Source: an uncultured cyanobacterium
Lineage (GTDB): Bacteria; Cyanobacteriota; Cyanobacteriia; Cyanobacteriales; CAWUOF01
Direction of reading: 5' to 3'
Assembly (NCBI GenBank): GCA_963744145.1
Contig: CAVUSO010000001.1
Span: forward strand, 4,992,001-5,056,000
DNA: 64,000 nucleotides
This document shows, piece by piece, positions 1 through 8,200 of this stretch. Below the pieces are notes generated by a model, which worked only from the letters and a program-made list of their open reading frames with translations, was not told the origin of the DNA and did no database searches. Each line of letters opens with the position of its first letter. The stretch's first letter is position 1. Both the position numbers and the translations under genes were made by a program.

Positions 1-10
1 TCACTTCCCT

Positions 11-1294
11 TCATTCCCTGCCCTGAGTCTTGCCCTGAGCATTGCCCTGAGCAGAGTCGAAGGGGGAGTCGAAGGGTTGCGCTTGACGTAAGTCGAAATG
101 AGCAGTTTCCTCAGTCATTCCACTGGAATGTTTCCGCAAGAGTTCAGCAATACGACGCCCCTCTAAACGATCAACACCAAGAAAATCTACAAAGCGCCCT
201 TCTGTAATGAGACCCTGATCTAATGCTTCAATCGCAAGATGTTGGTAGTGAATTGGAACCATATCAGTGCGTTGGGGAATTTCTTCTAAGCCAAGTTCCT
301 GCTGGATTTTTCGTACTTTTAATCCCCGATCGCGCAACCGTTCATAAGTGACCGATGGAAGAAGTTTCATTGTTTCTAAGCGGTTGACAAATGCTTGTAT
401 TGATACACCGTAGTAATGCGCCAAAGTAAATAAGTTAGTTGGAGTGAATTTGCCATGATCATGGTACATATCATTGAACCGCTTAAGCAAGCCACTTGTT
501 GGCATTAGAAAATAGTCTGGAAAGATGTCAGCTAGTCGTTCGCTTTCTGGTTTCCTTCGGTACTGTTCTTCATAATCAATTGTTGGCTTGTGTCGATGGG
601 TAAGAAAATGAAGGTATTCATGAGCCAGCGACCAACGCCGTCTTTCTTCAGGATGATCAGCATTAATTACTATACAACCACCAATTTGGTCATTGTAACT
701 ATATAGTCCTGAGTATTTATTTGGCATCTGTAGATAAAAAATGCGGAGTCCCACACTTTGCTCTAAAATATCTCGCAATAGAGGAATAGGACCATCACCA
801 AGTCCAAGACGCTGACGTTCGGCGATCGCAATACTTTCTGCTGCCGCCTCGATCGGCATCCCAGTCACCTCATACTCTTGAGGATAATTTTGTGGTAGCG
901 GTGCTTCCATGATTTCCTCAAGTTCTAAATAATGTTGACATAACTCTTCCAATCCCAGAATGACTGGCTTAATTTGTGCCTCTTCTTCCTCACTACGTTG
1001 ATATGCAGCCCGGAACTGTACCTCAAAAGGCTTGCCCTGAGCGTAGTCGAAGGGCTGCATCACAGGGCGCGATCGCACAAAATCACTGACCGAGCGTCCA
1101 TAGGCACGGACAAGCTTAATAAGTTCGGTTGCTTTAATGCGGCGCTCTCCTTTTTCGATCGCAACCATACTAGTATGTGCAACATCAATGACCTTAGCTG
1201 CATCGGCTTGAGTCATACCGCACTTCTTACGTTCCTGTTCAAGGAGTTCTCCTAACTGTTGTAGATCAATATTTTCAAGAATATTAGTAGCCAT
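11..1294 (-). CDS. XRE-family HTH fused to ImmA/IrrE (Peptidase M78) metallopeptidase
   Basis: N-terminal HTH (GMTQADAAKVIDVAHTSMVAIEKGER) and RRRWSLAHEYLH HExxH motif; carries in-frame 24-nt repeat insertions. Confidence 0.9.
   Translation of the reverse strand: MATNILENIDLQQLGELLEQERKKCGMTQADAAKVIDVAHTSMVAIEKGERRIKATELIKLVRAYGRSVSDFVRSRPVMQPFDYAQGKPFEVQFRAAYQRSEEEEAQIKPVILGLEELCQHYLELEEIMEAPLPQNYPQEYEVTGMPIEAAAESIAIAERQRLGLGDGPIPLLRDILEQSVGLRIFYLQMPNKYSGLYSYNDQIGGCIVINADHPEERRRWSLAHEYLHFLTHRHKPTIDYEEQYRRKPESERLADIFPDYFLMPTSGLLKRFNDMYHDHGKFTPTNLFTLAHYYGVSIQAFVNRLETMKLLPSVTYERLRDRGLKVRKIQQELGLEEIPQRTDMVPIHYQHLAIEALDQGLITEGRFVDFLGVDRLEGRRIAELLRKHSSGMTEETAHFDLRQAQPFDSPFDSAQGNAQGKTQGRE
29..76 (-). 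repeat. Nested pair of 24-nt hairpin repeats
   Basis: Minus strand reads CCCTTCGACTCC[CCCTTCGACTCTGCTCAGGGCAAT]GCTCAGGGCAAG. Confidence 0.8.
1031..1054 (-). repeat. 24-nt hairpin repeat inserted in frame (encodes PFDYAQGK)
   Basis: CCCTTCGACTACGCTCAGGGCAAG, same family as 29-76, 2005-2028 and 19909-19932. Confidence 0.8.
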
Positions 1295-1500
1295 AGTGTT
1301 TTACCTCAAGTTTGTGTTAGCAGCAACCAAACAGCCGGATATCTGCTAGTCTAGCGACAATCTGAAATTCCACAGCACCCTATTCAGAAAAAGAGTGGAT
1401 GAGGTGTAGACTTTGAACAAAAATGTTTCGCGCAGTCCCCACCTAAAATCTTTGATTTAGGTGGGGTTAGCGAAACCAACTAACAAAGCGAAGCAACGAT

Positions 1501-1926
1501 TTAATTAGGTTTTTCCTGATTTTGTACATATTCTATAAGTTTACTCAGAGGAGCTGGCGCTCCCACACTAATAATAGCGTAACTCCCAGACCAAAACTGT
1601 GGTTTATCTCCCCAATAAAATTTAGATAAGTGTTCAGAGAATTCTAACCGTAACTTGCGAGAAGTCACAGTTTTTATGTTATTAACCAACTTTGACAAGT
1701 CAACACTGGGATGAGTTTCAATCAATAAATGTACATGATCTGATTCACCCCCAAATTCTACTAACTCACAATCCCATTTAACCAATAGTTCGTTCATGAT
1801 TGACCGCATTCTGTCTAATATTTCGGCAGTTAGGGACTGTTTACGAAACTTAGTTACTAATACAAGATGATAAATCAGCCGAAAAGCACTATTTGAGCGG
1901 GTTTTGAGCCTAGTAGTTTCTATCAT
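1501..1926 (-). CDS. tnpA: IS200/IS605 Y1 (HUH) transposase
   Basis: YHLVLVTKFRK, DHVHLL HUH motif, FWSGSY, YVQNQ catalytic Tyr; start moved to ATG at 1926. Confidence 0.95.
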   Translation of the reverse strand: MIETTRLKTRSNSAFRLIYHLVLVTKFRKQSLTAEILDRMRSIMNELLVKWDCELVEFGGESDHVHLLIETHPSVDLSKLVNNIKTVTSRKLRLEFSEHLSKFYWGDKPQFWSGSYAIISVGAPAPLSKLIEYVQNQEKPN

Positions 1927-2004
1927 AACTAATTCTATATCTGTATTGACATCTGAATTGTAGATTGTTAGAATAATATCAGTCAATGTCGATGTTTCGG
2001 CTAC

Positions 2005-2028
2005 TGTTTCGACTACGCTCAACACAAG
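2005..2028 (+). repeat. 24-nt hairpin repeat
   Basis: TGTT-TCGACTACGCTC-AACA-CAAG between tnpA and tnpB. Confidence 0.75.
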
Positions 2029-2039
2029 GGCTAAATTTC

Positions 2040-3437
2040 ATGAGTAAACGCAAAGCTAAAAAGAAAGGGAATCCACTAACTATAGTTAGAACTGATGTTT
2101 GGGATCTAGTTGCAAGTCCTGAACAAAAACATCAGATGGTTTTAACTGTGGCAGAATACCGTAAATTCCTTAAACCTTTAGTTTTGCTAATAAATGCTCA
2201 ATGGTTAAACCTCATTGACTTAAATGCTAAGGATAAGGTTAATGTGGTTGAGAAAATGTTTCATCAAACCGCAGATAATCCTAATCCCAAGCATCAATAC
2301 TTTCAAAATGTCATTGCTAAATACCCATCTTTTCGGAAATTTCCCAGCTATTTAAGACGTGCAGCTATAGCAGATGCTCTAGGCATTGTGTCTAGTTTTT
2401 ATACTAGATACCGAGAATGGCAATCGGGAATTAGGAAACACCGACAAGCGAAACCGCCAAGATTAACGGCAATGTGTAATACCTATCCAGCCTTATACAA
2501 AGGTGGACAAATCCGCTATGGTGCTAAGTATTCCACAGTTGACTTAAAAGTTTGGAATGGAAAAGATTGGGTATGGATTGAATCAATTCCGGTGAAAAAA
2601 CATGGTTTAAATCGCCATTTAGTAGAAGGCAACGAATTAAAATCGCCCACGTTGGTAATTAATCAAAAGACTTGCCAGCTTTCGATGCCAGTTCAGGTTC
2701 AGAAAGTTGCCAAACAAGAATCTGACTTTGTGTGCAGTGTTGATATGGGCATTAACAATGCTGCTACAGCATCTATTGTTGGTAAAGATGGTACTGTAAA
2801 AGCTAGGAGATTTATTAATCCAGCTAGAGACATAGACCGTCGCAACCAACGTAGAATGATGATTACTAAGAAGTCTAAGCAGACTCGTAGTATTACAAAG
2901 TCAGATTTAGCAAAAGGTTTCTGCAAAGGACTTTACCGCAAATCAGCTAACATTAATTTAGAAATATCCCGTCAGGTAATGCGTGGCATTATTAAGTTTG
3001 CCCAAGCTAATAATGTCAAGATAATCGTATTTGAGAACTTGGCGGGATGGAAAGCTAAAGCTGGCCGAAAAGGTTCCTTACAGAAACAAAAATTCCATCT
3101 TTGGTGTCACCGAAAAGTAGTGGATTTGACTCAGCAAAGATGGGAAGAATTAGGTGGAAAAGTTGTATTTATCAACCCCAAATATACCAGTGCTTACGCT
3201 TTTGATGGGAGTGGGAAAGTAAAAAGAAGTCAGGATAATTATTCCCTTTGTCGCTTCACTACTGGTAAAAAATATCATGCGGATCTGAATGCTAGCTACA
3301 ATATTGGTGCTAGGTATTGGTATGCGTTAATTGTGGGTGATAAACATTTTGACCGAGTGTTCATTGGCAAAAGTTCCAAGAACACACTGAGGACGCCAGT
3401 AACTCTGGAAACGTTGAGAAATCTAGAGGTTTCTTAG
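2040..3437 (+). CDS. tnpB: RNA-guided endonuclease TnpB
   Basis: RuvC motifs VDMG, FENL, ADLNASYNI; position in IS605 element; start moved to ATG at 2040. Confidence 0.93.
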   Translation: MSKRKAKKKGNPLTIVRTDVWDLVASPEQKHQMVLTVAEYRKFLKPLVLLINAQWLNLIDLNAKDKVNVVEKMFHQTADNPNPKHQYFQNVIAKYPSFRKFPSYLRRAAIADALGIVSSFYTRYREWQSGIRKHRQAKPPRLTAMCNTYPALYKGGQIRYGAKYSTVDLKVWNGKDWVWIESIPVKKHGLNRHLVEGNELKSPTLVINQKTCQLSMPVQVQKVAKQESDFVCSVDMGINNAATASIVGKDGTVKARRFINPARDIDRRNQRRMMITKKSKQTRSITKSDLAKGFCKGLYRKSANINLEISRQVMRGIIKFAQANNVKIIVFENLAGWKAKAGRKGSLQKQKFHLWCHRKVVDLTQQRWEELGGKVVFINPKYTSAYAFDGSGKVKRSQDNYSLCRFTTGKKYHADLNASYNIGARYWYALIVGDKHFDRVFIGKSSKNTLRTPVTLETLRNLEVS

Positions 3438-3550
3438 CGCAAGAATCCCCACCTAAAATCTTTGATTTAGGTGGGGTGCGTTCAAATAGTATAATCAGAC
3501 TGATTTTGGTAACAAAAAACTATTTTAACCTTTTTCTAAAAACCATAAAA

Positions 3551-4012
3551 ATGACTAACCAAGATTCCCTCCCTCATTATTTAAAAGTAAGTGACATTGA
3601 AGCAATGTCAGAAACCGTAAAAGTTCATCCTCTTAATTCTGTAGCAGTGCGTCATACTAAATCTCTCAGTGATGCGGTGGGGATGACTAAGCTAGGAGTT
3701 CATTTAGTTCGGGTTGAACCGGGAAAAGAAACAACTCAATTTCACTTTCATCATCAAGAAGAAGAATTTATTTATATTATTTCTGGTCGGGGAATTGCAG
3801 AAATTGGTGAAGAACAGTTTGAAGTTCAAGCAGGAGATTTTCTGGGGTTTACTGCTCCTTCCTTACCTCATGCTTTGAAAAATCCGTTTCCCGAAGATTT
3901 GGTTTATTTGATGGGGGGAGAACGATCCAATTTTGATGTCTGTGATTATCCGCGACTGAAAAAACGTTTGTTTCGGTTTAATGGCGATCGCCAGTTAATA
4001 GATTTGGAGTAA
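3551..4012 (+). CDS. Cupin domain protein
   Basis: HFHHQEEEFIYIISG ... PHALKN cupin motifs; likely start ATG at 3551. Confidence 0.9.
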   Translation: MTNQDSLPHYLKVSDIEAMSETVKVHPLNSVAVRHTKSLSDAVGMTKLGVHLVRVEPGKETTQFHFHHQEEEFIYIISGRGIAEIGEEQFEVQAGDFLGFTAPSLPHALKNPFPEDLVYLMGGERSNFDVCDYPRLKKRLFRFNGDRQLIDLE

Positions 4013-4054
4013 TAAAAACCATGCCTAAACTAAAAACTTAGAAAAGTAAATATA
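3976..4054 (+). repeat. 79-bp direct repeat, copy 1
   Basis: Near-identical to 4812-4890; includes the cupin 3' end and a HIP1 site. Confidence 0.9.
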
Positions 4055-4108
4055 CCGCCTAGTTTCATGATGGGGATGGCAATTTACAGACTAGCCGCAA
4101 ATGACTAA

Positions 4109-4744
4109 TTATACTTGTTCTTTTACCCAATTACGAAAATTTCTGATCATTTGTACTTCACCAATTTGATTACTTTGTTCTAAAAATTGAGGAATTTCAT
4201 CGGCTAAAGGTAGATTGGCAAAAGTTGGACTGTAATGCAAAGGAATATATTTACCTGCTTGAAGTTGATATATGTGTAATTCTCCCCTTATATATTGCCA
4301 CAATTCTGGAACTTCTAACGAAAGATAAATTGACATTTTATTTAAAGAAGAATTGCTAAAATCCATCTCTAACATTAAATCTGGTGGTGGATCTTGATTC
4401 AAATCTATTTGCTTGCTATGTCTTACCAACTGCTCATTTTGAATATAAAAACCCGAATCAGGTTCTAGTCCCTTAGCTATTTCATTACGTTTGCAAGTCA
4501 TCGAACCAATACTTTTCAGATTGAGATTTAATTCTTCTACTAAACAATCAATCATTTTTTCAATTAGACGTTTGTAATGTTCATGGGGCAATAAAGGGGT
4601 CATAATTTCCAATGTACCGTCATCATAAGCTAATCTCGTGGAGCGATTTTCGCCCAACTCTGTTAACATATATTGAAATAATTGCCAGCTTACATTATAA
4701 AGTAAAACTCGCTGTTCGCCTATAATTGATGTTGTGATTACCAT
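4109..4744 (-). CDS. Uma2-family putative restriction endonuclease
   Basis: RLAYDDGTLEIMTP..PHE, EPDSGFY, PPPDLMLE, EVPELW. Confidence 0.92.
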   Translation of the reverse strand: MVITTSIIGEQRVLLYNVSWQLFQYMLTELGENRSTRLAYDDGTLEIMTPLLPHEHYKRLIEKMIDCLVEELNLNLKSIGSMTCKRNEIAKGLEPDSGFYIQNEQLVRHSKQIDLNQDPPPDLMLEMDFSNSSLNKMSIYLSLEVPELWQYIRGELHIYQLQAGKYIPLHYSPTFANLPLADEIPQFLEQSNQIGEVQMIRNFRNWVKEQV

Positions 4745-4811
4745 TGCTGATCTTTCCTTAGTTTAAATTCGATCAATATTGATTACTAATTATCAGTACC
4801 TAATATACCAT

Positions 4812-4890
4812 GTTTAATGGCGATCGCCAGTTAGTAGATTTGGAGCCATAAAAAACATTCCTAAACTAAAAACTTAGAAAAGTAAATATA
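4812..4890 (+). repeat. 79-bp direct repeat, copy 2
   Basis: Near-identical to 3976-4054. Confidence 0.9.
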
Positions 4891-5214
4891 TTCTTCCATC
4901 CTGATCAGTTAAGAATTAAGCAGGGATTCCCCAGTTTTTTATTGTTCCTGGTCGAAAATATTATCTTCTTTCTTAACTAACCTACGGTATCTTAATTGAG
5001 CATTTATACTTGGTTGCTTGGTTATTTATTAACTTTTATTAACTGGCTCGATCTATCGGGCAGTTGATGGTACATAATTTAAGCTTTAAAATCCTTTTTA
5101 AATCATGGGAATGTTAGGATTGAATGAGAAATAAATAGAGGGTTCTCTGAGCTAAATCACTTATGATCCCAGAGATTGCCACTAATTTAATTAGTTTTTT
5201 GAAATAATAAAGAT

Positions 5215-8200
5215 ATGATTAAAATTAATACTTTGTTAGGTTATCAGATTACAGAGCAAATCTATGCAGGTACTCGCACAATCGTATATCGTGGTGTGAG
5301 GGAAAGTGTGGGCACAGATCCTCAGTGTAAGAATCCGCAACCAGTCATAATTAAATTATTACAAAATGATTACCCAACTTTTAGTGAATTGTTACAGTTC
5401 CGTAATCAATATACCATTACCAAAAATCTTAACTCCCCTCTAATTATTCAAACTTATAGTCTGGAACCGTACCAAAATAGCTATGGGTTAGTCATGGAAG
5501 ACTTTGGGGGTATTTCCCTGCACCAATGGGCTGTGACTGGGGAAAAATCACTATCATTGAGAGAATTTTTAGAACTAGCGATCGCGCTCTGTGACAGTTT
5601 AGCTCTCCTCGATCGTGAGCGAATTATCCATAAAGATATTAAACCGAGCAATATTTTAATTAATCCAGAAACCAACCAAGTTAAATTAATTGATTTTAGC
5701 ATTGCTTCCCTCTTACCAAGAGAACCGCAAACTTTAATTAGTCCAAATGGATTAGAAGGAACACTGGCTTATATTTCTCCAGAACAAACTGGACGAATGA
5801 ATCGAGGGATTGATTACCGAACTGATTTATATTCTCTCGGTGTAACTTTCTATGAATTACTGACTAAGGAATTACCATTTCAAACAAATGATCCGATGGA
5901 ATTAGTCTACTGTCATATGGCCAAAACAGCGCCTCAAGTCCATGAAATTAAGCCAGAAATTCCTGCAATAATTAGTGAGATTGTCAGAAAATTAATGGCA
6001 AAAAATGCGGAAGACAGATATCAAAGTGCCCTCGGATTAAAATTTGATTTAGAAACTTGTTTAGGGCAACTCCAAGAGCATGGGGAAATCAAGAGTTTTC
6101 CAATTGCTCAAAGAGATGTGAGCGATCGCTTTATGATCCCCGACCAACTTTATGGGAGAGAAACGGAAGTAGAAACCCTCCTACAAGCATTTGAAAGAGT
6201 CAGCACAGGTAACACAGAAATGATGCTAGTGGCAGGATTTTCTGGGATTGGCAAAACCGCAGTGATCAATGAAGTGCATAAGCCAATTGTGCGACAACGT
6301 GGTTATTTCATTAAAGGTAAATACGACCAGTTTCAGCGGAATATCCCCTTCAGTGCATTTGTGCAAGCATTCCGTGACTTAATCGGACAATTATACTCAG
6401 AATCAGAGGCACAATTACAAACATGGCAAAGCCAAATTCTAACCGCAGTGGGAGAGAATGGACAAGTCTTGATTGAGGTAATTCCTGAGTTAGAAAATAT
6501 TATCGGTAAACAACCCCCATTACCAGAATTATCTGGAAATGCCGCCCAAAATCGCTTCAATCTGCTCATGCAAAAATTTGTCCAAGTTTTCACCAGTAAA
6601 AAACATCCATTAGTGATATTTTTAGATGACTTGCAATGGGCAGATTCAGCTTCCTTAAATTTGCTGCAATTATTGATGCAAGACACCGGACATCTATTAA
6701 TATTAGGTGCGTATCGAGATAATGAAGTTTTTCCCGCACATCCATTGCTCTTGACCGTGGATAAAATTGTCAAAGCTGGAGCGATCGTCAATAAAATTAC
6801 TTTACTACCGTTGAGTAAACTAGATACCAAACGGTTAGTGACAGATACATTGAATTGTGACTCATCTCTGGCTAAACCTTTAACAAAATTGATTTATCAA
6901 AAAACCCAAGGGAACCCATTTTTTATCACCCAGTTTCTCAAAGCATTATATGATGACCAGATCATTACCTTTGATTGGGAGACTCAACATTGGCAATGTG
7001 ATATTGCCCAGGTCAAAATCTTAGCAATTACGAATGATGTAGTAGAGTTTATGACTCTACAATTGCAGAAATTGCCGACCCAGACTCAAGACATCCTAAA
7101 ACTAGCAGCTTGTATTGGAACACAGTTTGATTTGAATACGCTGATAATTGTCAGTGAGAAATCTGCGGGAATGACGGCTACAATTTTATGGAAAGCATTA
7201 CAGGAAGAATTCATTATCCCCATCACTAAAATCTATAAGTTATTTACCCAATCAGCTGATCAAGAAGTTTTCCAGGTCTCAGTTAATCCGACTTATCGAT
7301 TTTTGCACGATCGGGTTCAACAAGCTGCATATTCACTGATTCCAGACGAGCAAAAACAATCTACACACTTAAAAATTGGTCAACTGTTGCTCAAAAATAC
7401 TTCAGTAGAAGAACGGGAAGAGCATATATTTACCATTGTCAACCAATTGAATAGTGGCAAAGACTTAATTACTCAAACAGCAGAGAGAGACCAACTGGTG
7501 CAATTGAATTTGATCGCGGCTCAAAAGGCTAAAATATCAACCGCTTATGGTGCAGCGACTGAATATTTAGAAATCTGCATTCACTTCTTACCAGAAGATA
7601 GTTGGAAATCTCAGACTGACTTAACTCGAACCATCTATGAGTTAGCCGCAGAAGTTGCTTATTTGAGTACAAATTATCAGCAGATGGAGCAACTGGTCGA
7701 GTTAATTTTATCTCATACAGATAACTTAATCGATAAGATTCGGGTTTATGAAATCAAGATGCTGGGTGTGAAAGCTCAAGCACAATTACGAGAATCGCTC
7801 CAGATTGGATTACAAATACTCCAGTTCTTAGGGATAGAATTTCCCGCACAGCCAACACCTGATGATATTGGAGAAGCATTGGAACGAACTTTACTAACTT
7901 GGAAAAACCGTTCTATTCTTAGTTTGTTAAATCTACCAGTGATGACTGATCCGATAAAACTAGCAGCGATGCGAATCTTAACCCAAATGATTGCTCCGGC
8001 TTATCAATCGTTTCCCATCCTCATGCCATTGCTAATCTTTAAGCAAATTGAGTTATCAATTTCCTCTGGTAATTGTGAAATTTCAGCATTTTCCTATGCT
8101 GATTATGGGTTGGTGCTTTGCGGAATTGTTGGTGATTTGGCAGCGGGCTATCAGTTTGGACAACTAGCATTAACTGTGCTTGATCGGTTCCAAGTAAAAG

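Larger units (their letters stand above)
1418..3485. mobile_element. IS200/IS605-family insertion sequence (divergent tnpA + tnpB)
   Basis: Identical subterminal hairpins CCCCACCTAAAATCTTTGATTTAGGTGGGG at 1437-1466 and 3447-3476; right end terminates in TTCAA (3481-3485); left boundary after TTGAA (1413-1417) is inferred. Confidence 0.9.

Noticed and set aside
1927..2039. N-terminal extensions making tnpA and tnpB overlap
   Set aside because: The extensions run through the intergenic promoter region and the 24-nt repeat; downstream ATGs at 1926 and 2040 fit the families better
974..6830. Short ORFs 974-1255, 2637-2849, 2699-2926, 5481-5702, 6333-6830
   Set aside because: Antisense shadows of well-supported genes; the same applies to similar overlapping ORFs later in the window
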